This document shows positions 51,983-60,475 of a stretch of 64,000 bases of DNA, in pieces. Location: the NCBI GenBank assembly GCA_027623205.1, contig JAQBYC010000001.1:121-64120 (forward strand), given 5' to 3'. Within the stretch, counting starts at the first letter, position 1, and each line of letters opens with the position of its first letter. The notes below the pieces were generated by a model. The model was not told the origin of the DNA and ran no database searches. It saw only the letters and a list, made by a program, of their open reading frames with translations. A program made the translations under genes and the position numbers. This stretch comes from Pseudomonadota bacterium (GTDB taxonomy: Bacteria > Pseudomonadota > Alphaproteobacteria > GCA-2731375).

Positions 51983-52954
51983 ATGACTTCGGATAATCCG
52001 GCGAGCGCTGGCTGGCGCGATCACCCCCGTTATCCCGATCCTTTGATCGAGACCTTGGACCCGCGGTTCGAACCCTACCGTATATTCAGCGCCGCGGTAG
52101 AAAGGCTGTACACCGGGTGCCGCTGGTCCGAGGGACCGGTTTGGTTTGGCGATGGCCGTTATCTGTTGTGGAGCGACATTCCCAACAACCGCATCCTGAA
52201 ATGGGAGGAAGAAACCGGCGCCGTCAGTGTCTTCCGTAAATCGGGTGATTTCGCCAATGGCAACACCCGCGACCGCCAGGGCCGTCTGATCACCTGCGAA
52301 CATGGCGGCCGGCGGGTCACACGCACGGAATATGACGGTACCGTTGCGGTGTTGATGGACCGTTGGCAGGGCAAGCCGCTGAATTCGCCCAACGACGTCG
52401 TGGTGAAGTCTGATGGCTCGATCTGGTTCACCGACCCGCCATTTGGAATTTTGGGCAATTACGAAGGGCACCAGGCAGAAGCGGAGGTGCCCCAGGCGGT
52501 CTATCGTATTGATGGCGAGACTGGCGAGGTCGCGGTGGTGGCGGACGATGTCCTGGGCCCGAATGGTCTGTGTTTCTCACCGGATGAAACAATTCTTTAC
52601 GTGGTTGAATCCCGTGGCGTACCGCATCGCAAGATCCTCGCCTATGAGGTAGCTGCGAATGGTCTGCAGATTAGCAATAAACGCGTGCTGATCGACGCCG
52701 GCCCCGGCGGCACCCCCGACGGCATGCGCTGTGATGTGGACGGCAATTTATGGTGTGGCTGGGGGATGGGTACGGCGGCGCTGGACGGCGTTCTGGTGTT
52801 TGCCCCCGATGGCGTCAAGATTGGCCGCATCGCCCTGCCTGAACGTTGCGCCAACGTCTGTTTTGGTGGCCCCAAACGCAACCGGCTATTCATGGCGGCC
52901 AGCCAATCGCTTTATGCCTTATACGTGAACACCCAGGGCGCCCCGGGCGGGTAA
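51983..52954 (+). CDS. SMP-30/gluconolactonase/LRE family protein
   Basis: Six-bladed beta-propeller lactonase family pattern (EGPVW, NDVVV, PNGL, PDGM); 323 aa. Confidence 0.8.
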   Translation: MTSDNPASAGWRDHPRYPDPLIETLDPRFEPYRIFSAAVERLYTGCRWSEGPVWFGDGRYLLWSDIPNNRILKWEEETGAVSVFRKSGDFANGNTRDRQGRLITCEHGGRRVTRTEYDGTVAVLMDRWQGKPLNSPNDVVVKSDGSIWFTDPPFGILGNYEGHQAEAEVPQAVYRIDGETGEVAVVADDVLGPNGLCFSPDETILYVVESRGVPHRKILAYEVAANGLQISNKRVLIDAGPGGTPDGMRCDVDGNLWCGWGMGTAALDGVLVFAPDGVKIGRIALPERCANVCFGGPKRNRLFMAASQSLYALYVNTQGAPGG

Positions 52955-52972
52955 GTCAAGCGCGAGAACGGT

Positions 52973-53266
52973 CTAGAAACCTTGCCCGCAACTGGTAATT
53001 TCGCGCAAAAAGTTCTGCACGAAGACCAACAGCAGGATCAAAACCACGGGCGAGATGTCGATGCCCCCCATCCTTGGCAAGATGCGCCGAATGGGCCCCA
53101 GGGCGGGTTCGGTGATCTTGTAAAGGAAATCGCCGACCATAAAAACAAAGCGATTTTGTGTGTTGATCACATTGAAGGCCACGAGCCAGGACATCACAAC
53201 CTGGATCAGAATCATCCAGAAGTACAACATGATCACGCTTGCAACCAATTCAACGATGGAACACAT
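52973..53266 (-). CDS. yggT: YggT family membrane protein
   Basis: Short two-TM protein with the YggT pattern; start MCSIVELV chosen over the longer ORF. Confidence 0.65.
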   Translation of the reverse strand: MCSIVELVASVIMLYFWMILIQVVMSWLVAFNVINTQNRFVFMVGDFLYKITEPALGPIRRILPRMGGIDISPVVLILLLVFVQNFLREITSCGQGF

Positions 53267-53419
53267 GCGAAGTCCAAGCCCTTTTGTGGCGCCGCAACGG
53301 CAACAGCCCCAGATGTAATGCCCAGCAGCCCCCAACGCAAGCAGACATGTTGGCGGCGATTGGGCATCCCGGCCCTTGACAGTCCTGGATGATGGTTCCT
53401 ATATGCCAGCGGAAATTTC

Positions 53420-53495
53420 GGGGCCGTAGCTCAGTTGGGAGAGCGCCACGTTCGCAACGTGGAGGTCAGCGGTTCGATCCCGCTCGGCTCCACCA
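53420..53495 (+). tRNA. tRNA-Ala (anticodon CGC), CCA encoded
   Basis: Cloverleaf GGGGCCGTAGCTCAGTTGGGAGAGCGCCACGTTCGCAACGTGG...TTCGATCC...CGGCTCCACCA; G3:U70 Ala identity pair; anticodon loop TTCGCAA. Confidence 0.9.
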
Positions 53496-53520
53496 AAATC
53501 CGTTTTGCACGGAATGACCG

Positions 53521-53622
53521 GCTAGCGCATGTTTACTTAAAACATGCTCAGACTCTTTAAAATTTGAGTAATTGAACCAATTACTTGGATCGCCAAACCG
53601 AATCCAATTAAATTGGACATGG
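53521..53622 (-). repeat. Dispersed MITE/REP-like element, copy G (reverse orientation), 25 bp downstream of tRNA-Ala
   Basis: Reverse complement reads ...CCAATTTAATTGGATTCGG...CAAGTAATTGGTTCAATTACTC...GCATGTTTTAAGTAAACATGCGCTAGC. Confidence 0.8.
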
Positions 53623-53673
53623 TTCTCGGTGAATTGGCTATATGGGCCGGCGCCAACCTGGTTTAGGCGGTGT

Positions 53674-53979
53674 CTATTCCAGCCCGACGGTGGCGCTGGT
53701 GACCTGCCGCCGGATGGGGCGGTCGGCCGGGTCGGCCCGGTCATAGCAGTCGACCCCGCCCAAGGTTCGATAACAATAGGCTGCCGGCAGAACGGCATCG
53801 GAGCCATCGCTGCGGCAAACGTCCATGCCATGGATAATGCGCACAAGCTGGCAATCCGATTGCGACAGCTTGGATACGGTGGCATCCACCTCGTCCACCA
53901 GTCTCACCGCAACCGCAGTGCAGCCGGTGCTGCTTGCCGCCACGACCGCCAGTAAAATTATCCTGAGCCAGTTCAACAT
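53674..53979 (-). CDS. Small putative lipoprotein
   Basis: 101 aa; signal peptide with lipobox LLAVVAASSTGC; four further Cys residues. Confidence 0.5.
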   Translation of the reverse strand: MLNWLRIILLAVVAASSTGCTAVAVRLVDEVDATVSKLSQSDCQLVRIIHGMDVCRSDGSDAVLPAAYCYRTLGGVDCYDRADPADRPIRRQVTSATVGLE

Positions 53980-54059
53980 CCTGGCGCGACTCCGTCGTCA
54001 GTTTGACCAATTGCAACGGCCCATAACAACAGATAGCGGTAAACGAAGGGTAAACGATT

Positions 54060-55340
54060 TCAGCCATTCATGCGGCGCCGCTGCTCCCGCCAGGCGCGGC
54101 TCAATTCATCCTGAAATTCAGGCGCGGCGATCGCGATCAGGGCCTCGGCCCGTTCGTCGATGGATTTGTCCTTGAGGCGGGCGGCGCCGTATTCGGTGAC
54201 CACATAGTCGATGTCGGCCCGGGGGCAACTGACCACCGCGTCCGCCGCCAGCGTGGGAACGATGCGCGAGATGGTGCCCCCGGCCGCCGTCGCCGAAAGC
54301 GCAATGACCGAGCGGCCATTTTTGGCCATGCGGGCGCCGCGTACGAAGTCCACCAGGCCGCCGGTGCCACTGATTTGCCGGCCGTTGACCGTTTCCGCGT
54401 TGGCCTGGCCGGTCAAATCCACTTCAAGCGACGAGTTGATGGAGACAAAGTTGTCGATCTGGGCAATGACCGGTACGTTGTGGGTGTAGTCGGCGCCGCG
54501 GAATTGCACATCATTGCGAGTTGCCGCCCAGTCGAAAACCCGTTGCGTACCCATGGCGGCGCCGCAAACCAGAAAATTGGTATCGATCGATTTTCGGCTG
54601 CTGTTCAGGGCGCCCACATCCACCAGGTCGGCGACTTCGTCCGTAACCATGCCACCATGCAGACCAAGGTCACGGCGGTCCGACAGACGGGACAGGATGG
54701 CGGCGGGCACTTTGCCGATGCCGATCTGGATGCAGTCACCATCGCGGATCAATTCCGCCACCTTTTTGCCGATGGTTTCGATCGCCACCGGCAAATTGCC
54801 CGTAGGCGACTGAGGCAACGGCCGCTCGGTGGGCACGACATAGTCCAGACCGTCATAGGGAATTTTCGGGCTGCCCGGCGGCGATGGCATGGCCGCATTG
54901 ACCTCGGCCACGACGACCTTGGCCGCAGCAAAAATCAGCGGCACAAAATCCACCGACAGGCCCAGGCTGCACATGCCTTGATCGTCGGGCGGCGCCACCT
55001 GTATCAAAGCCAGATCCATGGGCGGCAGGCTTTTCATATAACTGCACACGCCACTGTAGTGCAGGGGCAAAAAGCGTACCTTGCCGGCCGCGAACGAGTC
55101 GCGCAATTCGGCCTGGACAAAAAACGCGGTCAGACGCGCATCCGGGTGAAAGGCGGCGAAATCGGTCCGGTTGATGCCCGGCACCAGGCAGGAGATATAA
55201 TGTACGCCCCGGCTGGCCTCCCCCGCCGCCGCCAGCGCCCGGCCCAACGCGAGCGGTTCCCCGACCGCACCTTGCACGAAGACAGACTGGCCTGGCCGCA
55301 ACAGGGCGGCCAGTTCGGTGGCGGCGATGATTTTGGGCAT
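54060..55340 (-). CDS. Acetyl-CoA hydrolase/transferase family protein (4-hydroxybutyrate/succinyl-CoA:acetate CoA-transferase-like)
   Basis: 426 aa with AcetylCoA_hydro N/C-terminal domain pattern (GIGKVPAAI, TGGLVDFVRGA). Confidence 0.7.
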   Translation of the reverse strand: MPKIIAATELAALLRPGQSVFVQGAVGEPLALGRALAAAGEASRGVHYISCLVPGINRTDFAAFHPDARLTAFFVQAELRDSFAAGKVRFLPLHYSGVCSYMKSLPPMDLALIQVAPPDDQGMCSLGLSVDFVPLIFAAAKVVVAEVNAAMPSPPGSPKIPYDGLDYVVPTERPLPQSPTGNLPVAIETIGKKVAELIRDGDCIQIGIGKVPAAILSRLSDRRDLGLHGGMVTDEVADLVDVGALNSSRKSIDTNFLVCGAAMGTQRVFDWAATRNDVQFRGADYTHNVPVIAQIDNFVSINSSLEVDLTGQANAETVNGRQISGTGGLVDFVRGARMAKNGRSVIALSATAAGGTISRIVPTLAADAVVSCPRADIDYVVTEYGAARLKDKSIDERAEALIAIAAPEFQDELSRAWREQRRRMNG

Positions 55341-55478
55341 GATGATCCTATAACGCCGAAGGGTGCGGCTGTGGACGGCTAGGGTGGGCGCCTGAGCGCT
55401 CCAGTCATGCTAGAATATTGCTCCGGGTCGTGGCAATGGCAGTGGCTGCGGCGCCAGCAAAGGCAAGGGGTCTGACAA

Positions 55479-56855
55479 GTGGATGCTATTAATGACTTTG
55501 TCGCTCACGTTACGGGCACTGGTTTCGATGACGTGCCCGCGGCCGCGATGGCGGCGGCGAAGACGTTTATCCTGGATAGCCTGGGCGTTGGCCTGTCGGG
55601 CGGCGCAGGCCCCTGGGTCGATGAGATGATCCAGCTTGCCAGCCAATGGGGGCAGGCTGATGATGCCCGCGTCTGGGGTCACGGGCTGCGCCTGCCGGCG
55701 CCGGCGGCGGCCCTCTGCAATGCCTATCAGATCCACAATGCCGAGTTCGACTGCGTCCATGAAGGCGCCGTGGTGCATTCCATGACCGTGTTATTGGGCG
55801 CGGCGATGGCCGTGGCCGAACGGGATGGCGGGGTCAGCGGCCGGGATTTGATGCTGGCGGCTGTATTGGGGGTCGATGTCGCCTGCCATATTGCCGTCGC
55901 TGTGACCACGGGTCTGAAGTTTTTCCGTCCCGGTACCGCTGGCGCCCTGGCTGCCGTCACGGCCATCGGCAAGTTGCAAGGATTTGATGCCAAGACCTTG
56001 CGAAATGCCTATTCCATTGCCTATGCACAGATGTGCGGCACCATGCAGGCCCACACGGAAGGTTCCATGCTGCTGGGCATGCAGGTCGGCTTTAACGCCC
56101 GCAATGCGGTGGTGGCCTGCGACATGGCGGTGGCTGGCTTGCAAGGCCCGGAAAACATCCTCGAAGGCCCCTTTGGCTTTTTGCGCCTGTTCGAGGACGA
56201 CTATGACCGGGATGTCCTATTGGCTTCCCTGGGCCGGACATGGCGCATCACCGAATTGTCGCACAAGCCCTTCCCCTCGGGTCGGGCCACGCACGGTATT
56301 GTCGATGGTTGTCTGCGGCTGCAACGGGAACATGGCTTCGACGCCGGCGAGATCGAAAGCGTCGTGGCCGCGGTGCCACCCTTGATCCGCCATCTGGTGG
56401 GCCGGCCGATTGAAGCCACCATGACGACCAACTATGCCCGCTTGTGCGCGGTTTATGTGACGGCGCATGCCCTGCGCCACAATGGCATCGGCGCGGATGC
56501 CTATGGCGATGGCGCGCTGACGGACCCGGCCAGCCAGGAACTGGCCCGGCGCATGCAAATCGAGGTGGACGACAACCCCGACCCCAATGCCCTGGTTCCG
56601 GTGACGGTAACCGTGACCCTGAAAAGCGGTGCCGTGCACGGCGTCAGCATATTGGATGTCTATGGCAGCCCGGCCAATCCCATGACCCATGCGGCGCATC
56701 TGGAGAAATTCCGTAGCAATTGCGCCGCGGCGCCGCGGCCGATCGGCGCGGCTGCCGCGCAGACGCTCATTGCGCAAGTGGACGACCTGGAAAACCTGGA
56801 AGATATTAGCCGTCTGGTGGATCTGATGATGCCGGCGCACGAAGAGGGCGCATGA
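55479..56855 (+). CDS. MmgE/PrpD family protein (2-methylcitrate dehydratase superfamily)
   Basis: 458 aa with the PrpD/MmgE all-helical family pattern; translationally coupled to the downstream amidase. Confidence 0.75.
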   Translation: MDAINDFVAHVTGTGFDDVPAAAMAAAKTFILDSLGVGLSGGAGPWVDEMIQLASQWGQADDARVWGHGLRLPAPAAALCNAYQIHNAEFDCVHEGAVVHSMTVLLGAAMAVAERDGGVSGRDLMLAAVLGVDVACHIAVAVTTGLKFFRPGTAGALAAVTAIGKLQGFDAKTLRNAYSIAYAQMCGTMQAHTEGSMLLGMQVGFNARNAVVACDMAVAGLQGPENILEGPFGFLRLFEDDYDRDVLLASLGRTWRITELSHKPFPSGRATHGIVDGCLRLQREHGFDAGEIESVVAAVPPLIRHLVGRPIEATMTTNYARLCAVYVTAHALRHNGIGADAYGDGALTDPASQELARRMQIEVDDNPDPNALVPVTVTVTLKSGAVHGVSILDVYGSPANPMTHAAHLEKFRSNCAAAPRPIGAAAAQTLIAQVDDLENLEDISRLVDLMMPAHEEGA

Positions 56856-58219
56856 TCGATCCGACCGCGCTGGATATCACCGATGCCGCCGCCGCCCTGG
56901 CGGACGGTACTTTTGCCGCCGAGGATCTGATGCGCGCCTATCTCTCCCGGATCGAACAGTATGAACCCGCGCTGAATTGCTTCATCACCCTGTTGCCGGA
57001 TGCGGCGTTGGCGCAAGCCCGCGCCGCCGATGCGCGCCGCGCCAAGGGCGAACGGCTATCGCCCCTGGACGGCATACCTATTGCCCTGAAAGACAATATT
57101 GACTTGGTCGGCGTACCCACCACCAACGGCATGGCGAAATTTCGGACGCCGGCGCGGGACGCTGCCGCGGTGGAGCGTTTACGCCAGGCAGGCGCGGTGA
57201 TTGTCGGCAAGACCAACATGCATGAAGGCGCCCTGGGCGCGACCACCAATAACCATCATCATGGCCCCACTCATAATCCCTGGCGTCATGGTCATACTCC
57301 GGGGGGGTCCAGTGGCGGCTCGGCCGCCGCGGTCGCGGCGCGGCTCTGCGCGGGCGCCCTGGGCACCGATACCATGGGATCGGTGCGCCTGCCGGCGGCT
57401 TACTGCGGTCTGGCCGGACTGAAACCGACCTATGGCCTGATTTCCACCCGTGGCGTCGTCCCATTGAGCTACGGCCTGGATCATGTGGGTCCAATCTGCC
57501 GCTCCGCCCGCGATTTGTCGCTGCTTTTGGCGGTGCTGGCCGGTTATGACCCGGACTGCATGGAGTCCATCCATCCCCACCGTGCCCTGCGTACCGCACA
57601 GGGGGACCTGAAGGGCCTGCGTTTCGCCGTACCCCTGAGCCCCCATGCAGTGCCATGCGAGGCCGGCATATGGGAGGATTTCGAGGGCCATGTGGCCAAT
57701 CTGCGCCGACAGGGCGCGGTCCAGGTCGATCTGCGCCTGACCAACCCGGATCCGACCGGCACCCGGCTGGCCGGTTTATTGATCTCCGAGGCCGACGCCG
57801 GCCATGCCCTGGCGGCGGAATTGCTGTCCCGCCCAGGTGATTTCTCGGATGAATTCCGCATGTTTCTGGAATATGGCCGCGGCGCCGCGGCCCATCGTCT
57901 GGTGGCGGCACAGCGGCGGCTGCAAGCAACGGGGCATGCGGTGCGTAGATTGTTCGATCAGGTCGATCTACTGTTGTTGCCAACGGCGGCGCAGGCAGCT
58001 TTTCCCTTCGCCCAGCCGGCGCCGGCCAGTCAAGCTGATTTTACCCAATGGGCCAATCACGGGGGCTGTCCGGCGTTGAGCTTGCCCTGTGGCCTGTCAT
58101 CCGGGGGCATGCCCCTGGGCTTGCAATTGATCGGCCGGCCTCTGGCTGACGGCCATCTGCTGGCGCTGGCGGAAGCCATCGTACCCTTGCTGCCGCACCT
58201 GCCCGTTCCCGGATGTTAG
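56852..58219 (+). CDS. Amidase (amidase-signature family), second paralog
   Basis: AS signature GGSSGGSAAAVAARLCAGALGTDTMGSVRLPA; 455 aa. Confidence 0.8.
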   Translation: MIDPTALDITDAAAALADGTFAAEDLMRAYLSRIEQYEPALNCFITLLPDAALAQARAADARRAKGERLSPLDGIPIALKDNIDLVGVPTTNGMAKFRTPARDAAAVERLRQAGAVIVGKTNMHEGALGATTNNHHHGPTHNPWRHGHTPGGSSGGSAAAVAARLCAGALGTDTMGSVRLPAAYCGLAGLKPTYGLISTRGVVPLSYGLDHVGPICRSARDLSLLLAVLAGYDPDCMESIHPHRALRTAQGDLKGLRFAVPLSPHAVPCEAGIWEDFEGHVANLRRQGAVQVDLRLTNPDPTGTRLAGLLISEADAGHALAAELLSRPGDFSDEFRMFLEYGRGAAAHRLVAAQRRLQATGHAVRRLFDQVDLLLLPTAAQAAFPFAQPAPASQADFTQWANHGGCPALSLPCGLSSGGMPLGLQLIGRPLADGHLLALAEAIVPLLPHLPVPGC

Positions 58220-58488
58220 GCAAACCTGGCTTTCAAACGACAGGACCAGCGGGCTCACTCGAATTCGCGCATCATTTGGCCAGCCCCGTTTGAATCGACG
58301 AGCAAAACTGTTTTGCGATTTTTGCGCGAACCTGCTTAGCGGTAGACCTTGGGGCGAGATCGGTTTAATGATCCCAAATCAGCCGCTTGCCGGCTTGCCC
58401 AAAGTGGGGACGCAGGCTAGATTGGCCGACTTTTTTCAAGCGCCGCAGCAACATAAATTTGCGGCGGCAAGCTGTGGAGTGTGCCCGC

Positions 58489-59133
58489 GTGGCGGATATT
58501 TTCCAAGAAGTTGATGAAGACATCAGGCGCGACAAAGCCAAGGTGCTTTGGCGCAAGTATGGCAGCTATGCCGCTGTCGCCTGTATCGCCATCGTGGTCG
58601 GCACCGCCGGCCGGGTCGGCTGGCGGGAATATAAGACGGCGCAGCAGGCTGAGGAGTCCGGCCGATATGTGGCGGCCGCCCAGTTGCTGGAAAAGGGTGA
58701 CACCGCCGGCGCCATTACCACCTTTCAATCGTTGGCGGCCGAGGCCAGTACCGGCTATGGCGCGATTGCACGGTTTCAAAGCGCGGCGGCCCGGATCAAG
58801 GCTGGCGATAAAGACGGCGGTCTGGCGGTCTATGATCGGTTTGCGGCCGATGACAGCGTGGATCCCATTTTCCGGGGTTTGGCGCGGCTGCAGGCAGTCA
58901 TGCTACTGATCGATGACGGTGCGTTGGGTGACCTGGACCGGCGCCTGGCGCCGCTGCTTGCTGAGGGCTCCGCATGGCGCCATTCGGCTTTGGAATTGCA
59001 GGCCATTCTCAAACACCGCGAAGGTGATACAGCCGGGGCCCGCGCCGCTTTCAAGGCCTTGTCGGAAGACGCCAGCGCACCGGCTGGCCTGCGCAACCGG
59101 GCGGCACAGATGCTGGCGGCGTTGGGGTCCTGA
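58489..59133 (+). CDS. YfgM-like tetratricopeptide/membrane-anchored protein
   Basis: Probable GTG start at VADIFQEVDEDIRRDKAKVLWRKYG followed by a TM helix and TPR-like repeats; conserved position upstream of bamB. Confidence 0.6.
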   Translation: MADIFQEVDEDIRRDKAKVLWRKYGSYAAVACIAIVVGTAGRVGWREYKTAQQAEESGRYVAAAQLLEKGDTAGAITTFQSLAAEASTGYGAIARFQSAAARIKAGDKDGGLAVYDRFAADDSVDPIFRGLARLQAVMLLIDDGALGDLDRRLAPLLAEGSAWRHSALELQAILKHREGDTAGARAAFKALSEDASAPAGLRNRAAQMLAALGS

Positions 59134-59137
59134 GCGG

Positions 59138-60472
59138 GTGACACGGCACGGCCTGTTCACCGTCCTGTGTTTCGTGGCGGGTGCGATATGGCTTTCGGCC
59201 TGTGAGACGCCGGATTGGCTGGGCGGAAAGCAAAAGCCACCCTTGCCTGGTGAACGGATCTCGATCCTAAGGTTGGACAAGTCGTTGGAGCCGGATGCCT
59301 CGATCGCTGATCTTGAAGTCCGCCTGCCGCGCCCCTGGCGCAATCCAGATTGGCCGCAAGCCGCAGGCTTCGCCAATCATGCCATGCATCATCTGGAAGC
59401 CGGTGAGGTATTGCAGCAGGTATGGAAGATTAGCATCGGCGAAGGTTCGGGCAGCGAAAGAAAATTGCTAAGCCGACCCGTTGTGGCGGCGGATCGCATC
59501 GTCACCATGGATGCCGAGGCCGGTGTGTCCGCGTTCCTGGTCGCGGATGGCCGCCGTGTCTGGCGCCGGGAACTGACCCCGAAGGATGAAGATGAAGGTG
59601 TAATCGGCGGTGGCGTCAGTATTGATAACGGTGTTGTCTATGCCGCCACGGGCTATGGTTTCGTGCATGCCTTATCCCTTGATGACGGCAAGGAGATCTG
59701 GCGCCGGCGCATTGGCACTCCCATTCGCGGCGCGCCAACAGCGATCGGCGGCCGGATATTCGTCATCACCTATGACAATCAGTTGCATGCCCTTTCCAGT
59801 GCCGACGGGTCTACCTTGTGGAACCACAGTGGCATTCCCGAGGATGCCGGTCTGATCGGTGCGCCCAGCGCCGCGGTCGACGGCGGTCTGGTTGTCGTGC
59901 CCTATTCCTCTGGCGAACTATTTGCCTTGCGTTTGGAAAATGGCCGCGTGGTGTGGGGCGATCAACTCATACGGACCCGGCACCTGGCGCCTTTGTCGTC
60001 TTTGAGCGAAATTAGAGGCAGTCCTGTAATCGACCGCGGCATGGTATTTGCGATCAGTTTCTCGGGCCGCATCGCGGCCAATGATCTGCATAGCGGCCAG
60101 CGCCTGTGGGACCGGGATATCACCGGTATGGAGACCCCCTGGGTAGCCGGCGATTTTATCTTTTTGGTCACGGCGCAGGCCGAAGTGGTCTGCCTGTCGC
60201 GCAAGGGCGGCCGCATTCGTTGGGTGGCGCAATTGCACCGCTATGGGGATGAAAAGGAAAAACTGGAGCCGATTCATTGGAGCGGCCCGGTTTTAGCCTC
60301 CGACCGTCTGGTGTTGGTCTCTTCTGATGGCTATGCCGTCGCCATTTCGCCCTATTCCGGGCAAATGTTGGGCCGCATCGAATTGCCCAAGGGCGCCTTG
60401 ATTGCGCCCATCGTTGCCGATGGTTCAATCTATGTCCTGGCAGACAATGGCGATTTGATCGCCCTAAGGTAG
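59138..60472 (+). CDS. bamB: Outer membrane protein assembly factor BamB (PQQ-repeat beta-propeller lipoprotein)
   Basis: Probable GTG start; lipoprotein signal ...AIWLSAC; repeated PQQ-like beta-propeller motifs; synteny with der. Confidence 0.75.
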   Translation: MTRHGLFTVLCFVAGAIWLSACETPDWLGGKQKPPLPGERISILRLDKSLEPDASIADLEVRLPRPWRNPDWPQAAGFANHAMHHLEAGEVLQQVWKISIGEGSGSERKLLSRPVVAADRIVTMDAEAGVSAFLVADGRRVWRRELTPKDEDEGVIGGGVSIDNGVVYAATGYGFVHALSLDDGKEIWRRRIGTPIRGAPTAIGGRIFVITYDNQLHALSSADGSTLWNHSGIPEDAGLIGAPSAAVDGGLVVVPYSSGELFALRLENGRVVWGDQLIRTRHLAPLSSLSEIRGSPVIDRGMVFAISFSGRIAANDLHSGQRLWDRDITGMETPWVAGDFIFLVTAQAEVVCLSRKGGRIRWVAQLHRYGDEKEKLEPIHWSGPVLASDRLVLVSSDGYAVAISPYSGQMLGRIELPKGALIAPIVADGSIYVLADNGDLIALR

Positions 60473-60475
60473 ACC

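Noticed and set aside
53466-53885. 139-aa ORF overlapping the tRNA-Ala gene and repeat copy G
   Set aside because: It overlaps a confidently folded tRNA and a non-coding repeat, and it has no homology signal.
58387-58488. TTG-initiated N-terminal extension of the YfgM-like protein
   Set aside because: The family N-terminus (ADIF(Q/D)EV...) aligns to an internal GTG at about 58489, and the extension has no membrane or TPR features.
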